Part shown: one piece after another, positions 49,791-62,000 of the stretch
Layout: each line of letters begins with the position of its first letter
Numbering within the stretch: the stretch's first letter is position 1
The notes under the pieces: model-generated
The model's database searches: none
The model's input: only the letters and a program-made list of their open reading frames with translations
Told to the model about the DNA's origin: nothing
Source of the DNA: Lama guanicoe
Taxonomy: Eukaryota
Reading direction: 5' to 3'
DNA: 62,000 nucleotides
Assembly (NCBI GenBank): GCA_013239625.1
Contig: MU053652.1
Location: 4,391,902 to 4,453,901, forward strand
Translations under genes and position numbers: made by a program

Positions 49791-52036
49791 CTAGCGGAGG
49801 TCTTCAGCCGTGAACATGCCCCTGGCCCTGCGAAGGATGGAGTCCTTGGCAGCATCATAGGGGTGCTCCTTGGATGGGATCTCCAGGACGGCCGGAATGG
49901 AGCGCTGGTGGGCATCGAGCGCATGCCGCACCATCTCTGCGATGTACTGGTTGATGAGGATGATGCCAATGTCGTCCCGGTTTAGAAACTGCCTGTTGGG
50001 AGAGATGAGAAGGGAGTCCAGGGCGGTCCACTCTCAGTTGGTGGGCTGGTCTGCAAAGGGGAACAAGCTTGATCCAGAGAGCACAATGGACAAGGGAAAA
50101 GGTTGCTATCTTAAACTTGCTCCATTCTATTCAGAATCAATTTCACTCAAAAGCTAAGGGCCACGGCTTCTACCTTCCCCTGCTTGGAAGGCTCCCAGCT
50201 GAACTGATAATGAAGATAAGGGTGCATGCTGGTGTATTCCATATGCTGCCTTCATGTAAGAAAGGAGAGGATAAGAATACATATGTCTGACCTTTTTATC
50301 TGCAGAAAGATAAGGAAGAAGCTAAGTGGTTATCTGCGGGGTGGAGGAAGGAGGTAATGAAGTAGAAGAGGTCGGGGTGAGAGTATGACTTCTCAATGTG
50401 TGTATCTTTTAAATATTAATTTAGAAACCACATGAACACATTAACTTTTCAAAAGAAAACATTAAATTTTTTCAGGGGGCACTGTTGAGACCACTCAAGG
50501 TCTATGCTGCTAAGGGCAGGGGGTAGATCAGAGGGGAAGTTTGGCCTGAGTCAAGAACACAACACAGGAAGAGGAAAATTAGTGACCAAGGAAATCACAC
50601 TTTCCACATAGAGAACCTGGCGCTGGACTCTTACTTTCATGTGATCCATTCCATGTGACCCATTCATTAATTTATTTACTCCTTAAAAACTATTTACTGA
50701 GCACCTACTCTGTGCCAAACACTAGGGAAGGTTATACTTAATGATTTCTGAGGTCCCTTTTGATTGGAAACTTGGAAAGTTCTTGCAGTAATATTTGTCC
50801 TTCTCTCATGACAACTTGGGTCACTCTACCAGACTGCTTAGGGATCAGCAGAGATCAGCTCCCAGGTAAGGGCCTATCATCCCCCAGGCAGCGGGAACCA
50901 GTTTCAGCCGGCAGCTCAGGACTGGGCTGCTTAGGGAGAAACAGGTAAGAGCGGTTTGTTCCTGAGACTTGGCACAGGGGCCCTAGAGAAGGGGTGTGGG
51001 AAAAAAAGGGAGGACTGGCACCCTCAATTCTAGTCATCAGGACACCTCCTGGATTAAGGGACATGCCTGCACCTACATTTTGAAACTATTGCTCTTAACC
51101 CAGGACAGGAAATGCATATTTGAAGTGCAAGGTCTTAGCAGAAGGTAGGACACAGTCCTGATAACCTGTCCACTGTGCTAAGGGCAATGGGAAATTCCAA
51201 AGCAAACAGAAGACAGCGGCACAAGCAGAGTGTAGACCTGGCTTAAGGAAGGCAGAAAGAGTGGGGACCAGGTTCAAATCCCTTCCCTGCTCAGTCTCTT
51301 CAGCATTGTATGACTTTAGTAGGTACCTTAACCTCTGTGAACTTTTTAGTTTTCTACCTGTAAGTGGGAATACCCACTCCCTACCTTACCTCACGATTGG
51401 GGCCTCAAAGGGATATGAAAATAAAGAAAGCCGAACTCACTGCCCAGGTGTTCAGAGTGTGTGGTTCTTTTAGGGGTCAACTCGCAAAAGAGTGCTTGCA
51501 GTGCCCGAGCCTGCTCTACGGCTGAACTGGGGAGGCCCCTGCAGGGAAGCTGAGTCTGGCCCCCTCCAGGGCCTAGGTGCTCTAAAAGCCCAGCTCCGGC
51601 GGGGCAGGTTGGGCCGAGCGCGGCGCCAGCCCGTCACGAGCTCTGTTCCCCTTCTTTCCTGACACACGGTCATGTGAGGGGGGAGCTTGTGGACCCGACA
51701 TAGCCCCGGTCCCATACGGAGGCCTTCGCTCCGGAAGGGCGGGTGGACCGACTTCTCTGAGCCTGGAGGACGGGGTCTGATACTTCGGTTAAGGTCTGGA
51801 AGCCTCGTGCCGCCCCCGCCTTCCCGCGCTGCCACTAGGCAGCGGAGGGTCCCGTTCAGGCCTCGCGGGCTACCGTACCGGAAAGTGTCTTCGATCTCAT
51901 TGATGGTAGTATCCTTCTCCACCACCAGGAAATTAGGGTGGCGGTTCTTGTTAAGCTCCCCTATGCCGCCCAGCAGGAAGCCAGTCACCGTGTCCTCGTC
52001 TCCGATCACCGCAATTAGCTTCCCCCTCCCCGCCAT
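49791..52036 (-). CDS. ATP6V1F: V-type proton ATPase subunit F, 119 aa
   Basis: Exon 1 (52036-51879) [53 protein letters not shown]; exon 2 (49992-49791) [66 protein letters not shown]. 360 nt, GT-AG intron. Confidence 0.99.
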
Positions 52037-52400
52037 CCTGACAGCCAGGCAGAGATCAGCCGCGACCACCCGAAGTCACCGAAGCCCCGCCTCCGCAGCG
52101 CACCGCCTTTTCGGCCGCACCTCCACCCGTCAGACATGCGCAGTTCCACCACTCCGCCTCCCGGAACATGCGCATTAACAGCAAGAGCGCCTGAATGTGA
52201 ATACGCCTGCGCCATAAAGAGAGGCCAGAACCCGAGGACTACGGTTCCCAGAAGCCCGCGCGGCATCACCGGCTTGCGCAATCACGTTAGCGCGTTCCTT
52301 CAACCAACTTGTGGAGCCTACTGCTGTTAGACACCGAGACGCCGGAGAAGAAAAGACGGTTCTCGAGGGTAAGGTCCGAGTCTGTATCGTGTATGTATGT
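51580..52400 (-). promoter_or_regulatory. ATP6V1F CpG-island promoter with a ZNF143/SBS motif and NRF1-like half sites
   Basis: CpG-dense around exon 1; ACTACGGTTCCCAGAAGCC at 52238-52256; CATGCGCA at ~52136 and ~52168. Confidence 0.75.
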
Positions 52401-55101
52401 AACTACGGCACATAGTTAACAACTACTACGTATTTGTTCAATTAATAAAAGGATGAACAAGTTAATGATGATCCTCTTTAGTGCGGTAGAGCATTGACAA
52501 AGCAATGTGTTAACTGGTAAAATGTGAGAAGTACGTGGAAGCACACTTCAGGTGTAACTAACTCATGGGGGGAGGTGGGGCGCGCAAAGAGGGTTGCCAG
52601 TAGGATGCAGGGGATAGAGATGAAGACAAGAAGGTGTTTTAGGGAAGAGCAATGGCATGTGCAAAGACTTAAGAGACTAGAAAGTAAAAGTGCCTTCAAG
52701 AGAAGTTAAAGGATCTGGAGGTTATCCTGGGAACAAACTTATTCTGAAGTAACTGAAGAAATTTAAGCACGAGAATGATATAAACAGGATCGAGACCGTG
52801 CTGTGTGCAGAGGCAAGACTGAAGGCAGAGAAACCATTGTGGTAATAAGAGATGATGGTGGCCAGAACCCAGGTAGTGGTGATGGGGAATGTGGAGAAGT
52901 AGGTGGAGTCAAGAGATATTTAAAGACAGAATGGGGTTTTGGATTGGATATATTTGGGGTGACCCAGGTGACCTCCAGGTTTCTGGCCTGTGCACCTAGG
53001 TGGACAGGAGTAACATTCCCAATAGAGTGAACTCTGTGAGATGAACATGTTGAAAAGAAAGGGCCACTTGTTCCTCCTCCCTTTTAACAAATAGGCATCC
53101 TGGCATCTGGCATGTGATTTGCAAGTTTAGAGCAGGTGAGACATCCAGCTGGCCTAGTCTAATCGTTGCACGTATGATAGGCTCAGGACTTGAATACATT
53201 TGGTTTGAATTTTGGCCCTGCTTCTTGGAGATGTGATTTGGGACTCATTACCAAAATTCTGAGGACCTTGGTCTCTTCAGATAATAGTATACCAGCATTG
53301 TAGGACTGTTGGGATTAAGTGAGATGGAGTCCCTCAGTGCTCAGCACGCATGACCAGACTGTAGTTGGGGGAGAGCAGCTGGGCTGGATATTCGTAAACA
53401 CATCCACAAACAGGTGGGGAGGGCAGCAGAAGCTGAGAAGGAGGCCAGCAAACCATGCAGGGAAATGCTCCCACCTGGGGCGAGGTGGGAGGGAAGGCAG
53501 AGTGAGGAAGGGTGTGTGTAGAAGCAACTGGTTTGGTGCCTGGCACAGAACTGACCCTTAATGGCCATGAGTGGTTGGGTACTTGAGAATGGATTCTGCC
53601 TTCAAAGGGCCTTTCAGGTTAAGTAGGAAGCTAGGAGAGTGCCACATTTATCACACTCCTTCATTCACCCAGCACGTATCAAATGTGGACATGGCGAGGC
53701 TGAGGACCAAGATTGATAAAATGCGATTTCTGTCCTCAAGGAGCTCCCTCAAGATCGAGGGGAGAGTAGAAAATATCACGAGGAGGTGGGTAGACATACA
53801 GAGTGGCCCTGGAGGGGTCTTGAGGGGGCAGGACTCAGGAGAGGTAGGGGAAAGAAGAAACTTAAAGAGGAGTTGGGAGGCAGACAGGTTACCCAGTGAA
53901 GGTAGGGGGGATTCGGAGGCAGGCTGTGTATGTTGCATTTGCTCTGGCTGACTCATCACCGTGTGCTGAAATGCTTGGGGTGAGTCTAGAGATGGGGGAT
54001 CAATTGAGTGAAATGCTGCTTTACTCTGCTCTGGCTACTTAGTTGCTCATGCGTTTATTCATTCATCATAGCTGTCTGTATTAGACCTCCCAGGGTCAAA
54101 GGGCTCAGTCTGGTGGGGGAGACAGATCCTCTAAGATACACGGTCACAGATCAAAGTAGTAAATGCAGCCAGAAATGTGCTCCGGGGCAGTGTGAGAACT
54201 AGGGGGCTTCAGGAAAGCTTCCCATTGGCCAGAAGATGAGTGTGGAGAGGCAAGTGTGTTCCTGGGCAGAGGCCCAAAATGCCACATGGGTGCCTGGGAA
54301 ACCAGAGGTTGTGAGGAGAAGTGGAGGTGGAGGGCACACTGCCTGACTCTGGGCACTTTTTGAATAAACAGGTAGGGAGGCTGGTGTCTGAACCTAGAGA
54401 CCTTGGAGGCCTCATTAGGACACGTAGACTAGCCCGAAGCAGAAGGACATTCAGAAGGGCCCTGGACCCGAAAGGGCCATCCATAGTCCCTTTGATGTGA
54501 CCCCCTCTGGCTGCAGCATGAAAGGTGGGTTGGAGGGAGGTTAGTGGAGGGGCCAGTTCAGGAAGGAGGCCCTAAGCAAGGTCAGGGCTGGAGGTGGGGA
54601 GGGAGCAGGCCCAGACTGACCCAGGACCTGGCGGGAGTGAAAGAGCCCTGGGTTTGCATGAGGTTCTGCCTGCCTGCTGAGCGAGGAGCATTCCTGCTTC
54701 CGTCAGTGCTGCTTTAAGGTCCTAATTTTGAGAACATCTTTGAAATCAGGCTGAATGGAAACTGGCCTCCTGGTGGTCCTAGGGCAGTCTTCTAGAACGT
54801 AAGTGTCCACCTCCCTTTCCCACCCAGCAGCTCTCCAGGAATCTGAGGACGAAGACCACATCCCTGACACCCCACTGCCATCCATGATTCTTTCAAGGAA
54901 TCTGCCAGCATTCCAGACCTCCCCACAAAGACGGCCCAGCGGTCTGCCCCAGGTCCTTCCCCTTGGTCTGAGTCAGTCCCCCAGGGATCAGGCAGCCTGG
55001 CCTCTGCCTCCTGGGGCCTGGTTCAGTGTCAGCAGCCAGAGACAGCCAGCCACGGGGAGCCCACGCACAAGGAACAGCCAAGCCTCTGCGACAGGCCGCA
55101 C

Positions 55102-55107
55102 TTTATT
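55102..55107 (-). terminator. FLNC polyA signal AATAAA
   Basis: tttatt on the + strand about 690 nt past the FLNC stop. Confidence 0.7.
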
Positions 55108-55795
55108 TGGAGTTTTCCACCTAAGCAGCTCCCAGCTGAGCCGCATGACATGTGCAAAAATCCCCCCAGAAAGCTGGGCCTCGCAGTGTGTAAAAAAGGC
55201 CCCCCATGGGGCAGAGCTGTGCAATCATAATAAAAAAAAAAAAAGAGAGAAATCAGTCCCTCAGGAAGCCTGGCTGGGATCTAAATCTCCCAGAGCCAGG
55301 CCACGTGCCAAGGCTGCTGCTGCTGGTGTGGGGTCCGTTTTCTCCTCGGATTGTGCTCTCTTCCAAGTCCTTAACACTCTGGGGTTGTGGCTGCCAGAGG
55401 GGCTGGACGCAATCCTCAGTGGCAAGGAGGCCTGGCCAGCAGTGCAGTTGGAGGGTGACCTCTCTCACACACACAGACACCCCCAAACATGTGCTCCCCC
55501 ACTGGCCTCAGCCCCACCAGAAAACGCAGGGTTTCCCTGGCCCCCCAACCCCCAGTCCACTCTCATGTCACGTTTGAGGCAAGGGACATGGCCCCGGGAC
55601 AGACAAGGCCCTCCAACCCCAGGGCCCTGGTCGGGTGGGGGTCAGAGCCACTCAGTCCACCCCAGGGCAGGTGTTTGAGGTGTCTGATTCTGCGTGTGTG
55701 CATCTGGGTGTGGCCCTTTTGCGTGTGTGTATGTGTGTATGTGAGTGTGTTTGGCCAGAGGTGGGGGCCGAGGCTGGGGGAGGCACTTCTGGGAT

Positions 55796-58700
55796 TCAGG
55801 GCACGTTGACTTTGAAGGGGCTTCCGGGAACACTTTCGTCGCCCCACTTGACGATGAGGATGTAGTCCCCTTTCTCCTTGACGGTGTAGGTGACGTTGTA
55901 CACTCGGTTCCCCATGTGCTTCACGTACACCTCCTCACAGGGGGTCTTGGGCCCATGCACGCCCACCATCATCATGTTGGTGCCTGGAGAGGAGGGCAGT
56001 GAGGGACAGGCTCACACCACAGCCCTTGGCCTCACGTTCTTGTGCATTTGCCCACCCCAGGAAACTGGCCCCTCTCCCCCAGTGACTTGCCTGCTTTGCT
56101 GCAGTCCACGGTGAAGGAGTTCTTCTGGCCCACGAAGGCCTGGGACAGCCCGGGGCCCCGTGTCACCACCTTGCTGGCATCCGAGGAGAACTTGGGGATG
56201 GAGCTATAGCTGGAGCCCCGGCTTGAGGACGACTTGGTCACAGTCTCCACCAAAACCGTGGATGTTTCATGAAGGCTGTGGCCTCCAGACAGCCGGGGAC
56301 CTGAGAGGCAAGAGTGGGGCGGCCACAAGCCAGGTCAGTGGCATACCCTTCCCTAGGTGAGCCCTCTGCCGACACTGACAGCCCCACGTTCCCTTCCTCT
56401 GCTGTAGCATCCTAGGAGTGGCCCCCCAATTCCTAACGAGCCAGGGAGGCAGGGCAGGCTTATCTTGAGGTCTGGGGCCTCGGATGGCTCCGCCCCCCCT
56501 TCTGGGCTTTGTCTGGGACCCCAAGTCACAGGGTAGAGTCTTGCTTTAAAAAGGAACATGTATCCAACTAATCCTTCATGCAGCTTCCAAAAGGAATGCT
56601 GGCTAAATATTTACTGAGCTCTCTCTTCTTGGAAGCCAGAAGGGCAGAAAGCTAAGTGAAAGCTTGGGGAGCCACCACAGGGAAAAGATTAGTTGAGTGA
56701 TGGACAACAATAAAGAGGGAGGATTTGATTTTTGAAAAATGATCTACATGAGTCCATGTGGAGAATGTAGAGAATGGTGTGCTGTGTAAAGCCAGGCCCG
56801 CTTTATCCCTGGTAACCTGACCTTGATGTTTGGGGCAGATATGACATGGGTGTGACTGGCTACCGGAGTCAACCAGGACTTCCCCCCTCCAGGACACTCA
56901 CCTGTGACTTTGGCCTTGAAGGGGCTGCCCACGATGTGCTGTGGGCCACCATACTTGATGGCAATGAGGTAGTTGCCAGGGGCCATGGGAGTGTAAGTGA
57001 CCACGTGGCCCTCAGGACACTCCCGACAGTCCAGCTGCACCTTGGAGGGGCCGTCAATGGTGACAGACAAGGCCCCTGAGCCCGCGTTCAAGGTGTTGAC
57101 GATGAACTCTGATGACACGCCTGGGACCAGAGGTAGCAAGGGTGTAGGCAGAAAGGGTTTGGGGCCCAGAGGTGGGTGGGCTGGAGCCCAGGCTCCCTGG
57201 AGCAGGCCTCTGTGAGGACTCAGAGCTCATCAGCACTGCCCCAGGACTGGGGGCTAAGCACCCCAATATCACCCCCTCCTCCCAGCCACTCACCTGTAGT
57301 GCCTCCCTCAAGCCCAGGACCGTAGGCTGACACCAAGCCTGGGTCTCCAGCCTGGCTCTGCTCCCCAACGCGGATCTTGAAGGGACTGCCAGGGATGTGG
57401 GCACCGTTGAACTTGACATCGATGGAGTGGACGCCATTCTCATGGGGGATGAAGCGGATGGTGTGCTTGTCTGTGGGGCAGAGATTGTTAGGTGAGCTTT
57501 TGTCCTTCCCCTCCCTTTCCAAGAAGGTCCTGGCCTGACAGGGACTGGGCTAGCTCACCACTGTCCAGCTCGGAGACGTAGCACTCCTCCACTGCACCCG
57601 AGGGCGTGTGCACCCTAGCATCGATCACACCCCGAGCACCGTTCAGCTGCACCGCAAAGGACGCCGGCTGGTTCACCTTGAGCCCCGTCTCCTGTAGAGG
57701 TCACAGAGGGTGCTCAGACTCCTGGGAGGGTCTGGAGCGCTCCTGTCTGCAAGCTGGCACTGCTTTCACCACATACCCAGCCTGGCTCCTGCCGCCTGGC
57801 CCAGCTCCCAGAGGCCCTCAGCAAGACTACAGTAGCGGTAGGGGGCTGGGTCTGTGACCCCAGCATCCACCTGCAGGAGGTGGGCCCACTGGCTGTTCTG
57901 GGCAGGTAGGGCACCAGAGATGACGTGCCCTGTCCTGGCTGAGGAGGTAAGACCCAGACATTGTAAAGCGGGCCCGATGACAAAGCTGCTAGAGCTGTGT
58001 GGACCTGATGAGGAAAGAGGAGAGTGGCCTGGACTGGCTAGCGGTGCTCAAGGGGGGAGGTGGGCCAATGGGGAGGCTGGGGGGGGTGGGGCACAGAGCC
58101 CAGCTCTAGAGTGGGGGTAGAGCTGGAGGAAGGAGAAACACAAGGGTTCTGATAAGACTACCCTGAGCCACAGCTGGAAGGGGCATGGAGCCCCCTGCTG
58201 TACAGATACTGGGAGAGAGGAGATGTCTGTCTTGACCTTTGAAGGTCACTGCTAAGTCCCTGGCCACATGGGCCTGCCATCCTCTACTCCTGCCCATCTC
58301 TCAGGGTGGCAGAGGGGCCCCATCCCTGGGCACACACCTGGAGGCTGGTGACAGTGAGACGGCGAGCATCATCTGAGAGGGAGGCCACGGGTACCACAAA
58401 GGGGCTGTCTGGGATGTGCTCATCGTTGAACTTGATGGAGACCTCATAGTCACCTGAGGAGGGAAAGCCAGTCAGCATAGGCCCCAGGATGCAATGGCAA
58501 GGCAGAGCCACCTCCACCCTCGCCTCTTCCAGGACAAGCTCCTGGAGACAGATGTGCATTCCCCGGGTGTGGGGTGAAGGTAGACAGCAGAGAAAGAGCA
58601 GCAGCCCAGGTGAAGAATCAGTTCAGTAGTCCCTTCTCCTGCCTGGTCAGTGAGCAAGAGGCCCGTCTAGAAGGTTATTCAGGCCCAGCTCCACTGTGGA

Positions 58701-61700
58701 CACCCACCTGGTTCCTGGACAACATAGGAGACCCCACAGGAGCCATCTTTGCGGTCCTCAAATGCAATCTCCGCCTTGCTGGGCCCCTCCACAGCAATAG
58801 ACAGGCCCCCGGCACCTGCTTCTCGAGTCCAGATGCTGAATTCGGCTGGAGACGGAAGCAGGACAGGGGCGGCTGTTCAGCACCATTGCCCATCCTGCCA
58901 GCTGCCCTGCCCCCATCCCCTGTCTCAGCTTCCTCCCCCTTACCTGGCACACCGGCCACCCCTCGCTCCAGCCCTGTGCCTCCAGCCCGCACCTTGTGGG
59001 CACCACCTTCACCCAGTGGCCCCACGGTGAACTGAAAGGGGCTGCCTGGCACATGCTGCCCGCGGTACTTGACAGTGACCGTGTGGGGCCCCATCTCCTG
59101 GGGCACAAAGCGCACACTGTATGCGCTGTCCTCCCCCTCCACGATCTCTGCAGCTTCTGTCTTGCCGGACGGGCTGGTCACCTGTGCGGTCATATCCTGA
59201 GAGCTGGCCTCACCTGCAGGGGGTGGGGTGTGTCAGGGTGACACTTGGGCTGCTCCTAGCCCCTTCTTCCCTCCTTAGTAAAACCCTCCCCTTGCCCCAA
59301 GGGATGGAAGGCCCAGCCTCCCCAGGAAGACCCTGGCCCTGCTCACCCTCCTGCTGGCGAGTGATGCTGCCAAAAGAGCCCAGGCGTTCTCGGCCCAGAA
59401 AGTCCCCGAAGACGGTGGGGAAGGGGTCTCCGCCAACCTGGGTGGACTCCTCCACCCGCACCTCACGCTTGGTCTCCCCGCCCCGTGTCTTGCTAATCTC
59501 TGTGCGCTCTGTGCGGGTATACGTGTGGCTGCTGCGGGTGAAGGTGCGTGTCAGGCGCTCCTGGGCAGACACCATCTGGAACCAGTTCCCTGTGGGACAC
59601 ACAGAGCCAGGGAAGGGGAGGGGAGGGAGAGGAGAAATGAGCCAGCAGGACAGAGACCCTGGGGGCAGGCTCGGGGCCCTCCCCATTGCCCCACCCTGCC
59701 CAGGCTCTTCCTGGCTCCCACCTGGGATCTTGAGGTTGAGGTCGCAGGTGCTGCCGATGGTGGCGATAGAAGGCGCCTGCCTGCGCCGGGTGATGCTTTC
59801 CTTCATGCGGCCCTCACCGGTAACCTTCACCGTGAATGGGCTTCCTGTAGCAGGAGAAAGGGGTCTTAGATCCCTTGCCTCTAGCCTCCTGGCTTGTCTT
59901 ACCCACCGCCTGGACTCTTACCCGGCACATGCTTGTCGGCAAACTTGATGTTGATGATGTAGGTGCCAGGTTCAGTGGGGCAGTAGGTGACTTTGCATGT
60001 GCCATCCTCCATATCCTCACAGTTGATGTCCACCTTGCTAGGGCCTTCAATACTCAGCCCCAGGCCCCCATAACCTACCGGGAAGCAAAGGACACATCTC
60101 CCTCAGTCCCCACTGCCATTCTGCTCTCCCCTCCCCAAACTGCAGGCTCCATCCAGAATGGGCACCCCAGGTCTATCATAACCACTAACAAAAGATGGCT
60201 CAGCAGGAGGAGAAGGGGCAAGCAAGGCACTGACCCAGATGGTCAGGGAGAGGCAGTCTTGGAAATTCCCTAGGGCAGGCTTCTTGGGTGCCAGTGAGTG
60301 AGACAGAAACTCAAGACAGCTGAGCTTTCTCTTAAATGTGAGAGAAGTGACATGGGGCCCACTTTCTTCATTGGGCCCCAGAATATGAATCTCAGCAGAG
60401 ACTGGGCCAGGAAGTTCAGGGAGGAGGGTATGGCCAAGGGGCATGGGGCAGGAAAGAAGGACTAGTCCTCATTAGAGGCACCAGCTGAAATGAGGGGTCT
60501 CTGGGACAAGAAGCACCTGCATTACGAGTGTCCACGATGAACTCCGCCACCTGGAACGTGTGTCCCTCAGACAGGCCCTTGCCCCAGACCCGCACCTTGC
60601 TAGCGTCCCCGATCTCAGACGGCCCCACCAGGATCTTGAAGGGGCTATTGGTGACGTGCTTGCCGCTCTTGCGCACGCTCACCACATGCTCCCCAACCTC
60701 CTTGGGGGTGAAGGAGATGCCTGTGGAGAAGAGGGGTCAGGCATGGAGCCCTGGGCCTGGCGGCGTCCCTTCCCGGCTCCCCCCAGGCCCCTCCCTTGGC
60801 CCCATGCTCACCAATGTGCCGGTTGGGCAGGCGCTTCAGCAGGCAGGGCTCCTCATTGCCCGATGGGGCACGGATGCTGGCAGTCAGCTGGCTCAGGTCA
60901 CTCTCGGTGATCTTCAGTGACACATCCGTGGAGGTGCCCACGTTCAGCTGTGAAGTCCTCATCGAGTCATCGCCTGGGGGAGAGTTGGCATGTCAGGCAG
61001 TGTGACTCCAGGCAGGCCCTGCCTTCATGGAGCTCAGGAGACCTCCTGGCAGATCCTGCTGGACTCAGCAGAGACTGGGGGCCACTCACAGGCACAGAGA
61101 AACTGGGGAGAGGGCAATCTTCATTCACATTTAGCTGCCAAATGTGGGCCCAGCACCCTAGTCCCCCTGAATCGGTTAAATCCCTAATTTACACAAATTT
61201 CAATCTTAAGTCACATGATTTTATGGAGACAAAACACTAGACTGGACTAGACAACACAGACCCTTTACTAGCTGTGTGGCTCTGATCAAGTTGCTTAGCC
61301 CCTCTGAGCCTACTGGTTTCCTCAGCTATCAAAGGGAATTAACAATACTCTAACTTGAAAGCCTCAACAAGATATGTTTCAGAGCTGGGGCAGGGGAGGT
61401 GGGGGTGGGGGTGGCTGAATGTTTCTCACCTGCTGTAGAGAATAGAATTACATCCTTACATTCATCCAGAAATGAACTCTTCCACCTCAAGGGGGCCCTA
61501 CCCTAATGCCTGGTGACTTGAACACACCAGGCTTGTACATCCTTGTGTGCTGGGGATGGGGGGTGTCATAGGCTGTGGGTACCCACATGTCCACCCACCT
61601 GTGATCTTGGCTGTGAAGGGGCTCCCCGGGATGTGCTTGTCATCAAAGCGCACGATGATGCTATAGTCTCCAGGCGCCGTGGGCAGGTAGGATACAGTGC

Positions 61701-61983
61701 AGGTGCCATCCTTGTTGTCCTTGCAGGTGATCTCTGCCTTGGACGGGCCCTCCACGGCCAAGGACAGACCCCCTGTAGGTGGAAGTGGGGCTGAGATCAG
61801 AGGTCCTGATCAGCTACCCCTCCCCCTCACAGCCCCTGTCTGCAGCTCCCTCACCTTCCCCAGCATCCTTGGTGACAATGGTAAAGGTGGCCGGCTTGTT
61901 GACCATGCCATGGCTCAGGCCTGGCCCATAGGCACTGACATGGCGGCTGTTGATGGCATCCACGTAGAACTGCAAGGGGCTCC
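55796..61983 (-). CDS. FLNC: Filamin-C, 3' part (last 15 exons; C-terminal Ig repeats including the muscle-specific Ig20 insertion); continues beyond the window
   Basis: Exons (-): 61983-61855, 61772-61599, 60973-60812, 60720-60517, 60074-59922, 59844-59722, 59589-59347 (243-nt insert [50 protein letters not shown]..., FLNC-specific), 59213-58944, 58845-58708, 58453-58338, 57691-57559, 57470-57294, 57120-56902, 56300-56091, 55983-55796 ending SPFKVNVP*. Repeated HIPGSPF filamin motifs. Confidence 0.98.
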
Positions 61984-62000
61984 CTGGGGGTGGATGGAAA

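Noticed and set aside
52037..52069. GTG-initiated N-terminal extension of ATP6V1F in the ORF track
   Set aside because: The canonical ATG at 52036 gives the known 119-aa protein; the track uses prokaryote-style starts.
54803..55678. 291-aa + strand ORF
   Set aside because: Antisense to the FLNC 3' UTR, GTG start, low complexity, no splice or domain support.
58708..58720. FLNC codon equivalent to the FLNA/FLNB Q/R A-to-I editing site (VVQEPG)
   Set aside because: I could not identify a convincing editing-complementary sequence in the adjacent intron by eye.
59590..59721. In-frame, stop-free FLNC intron (also KCP introns 21 and 27)
   Set aside because: Expected by chance for short GC-rich introns; splice sites are canonical.

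Overview
Mammalian genomic DNA (GC-rich, spliced genes, eutherian repeats; the tRNA-derived SINEs resemble the camelid type, which is an inference). The window is the conserved KCP - ATP6V1FNB(SPMIP1) - ATP6V1F - FLNC locus. KCP (+, 14616-39223) has 42 coding exons traced by hand, giving about 1693 aa. ATP6V1FNB (-, 46910-48982) has 2 exons with a frameshift in a G homopolymer. ATP6V1F (-, 49791-52036) encodes 119 aa. The last 15 exons of FLNC are on the - strand (55796-61983). The main result is a phase-consistent, stop-free 11-exon gene on the + strand between KCP and ATP6V1FNB (41020-46724, about 742 aa) that I do not recognise. It has a helical N-terminus, an 8-aa repeat array and an R/Q/E/L-rich coiled-coil-like C-terminus. 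Its 3' UTR overlaps the last exon of ATP6V1FNB in antisense, and possible 5' exons lie inside the KCP 3' UTR. Other oddities are a lost splice donor on KCP exon 23, two GC-AG introns and a 200-bp duplication inserted into a MIR. Most ORFs in the supplied track are spurious or are exon fragments.
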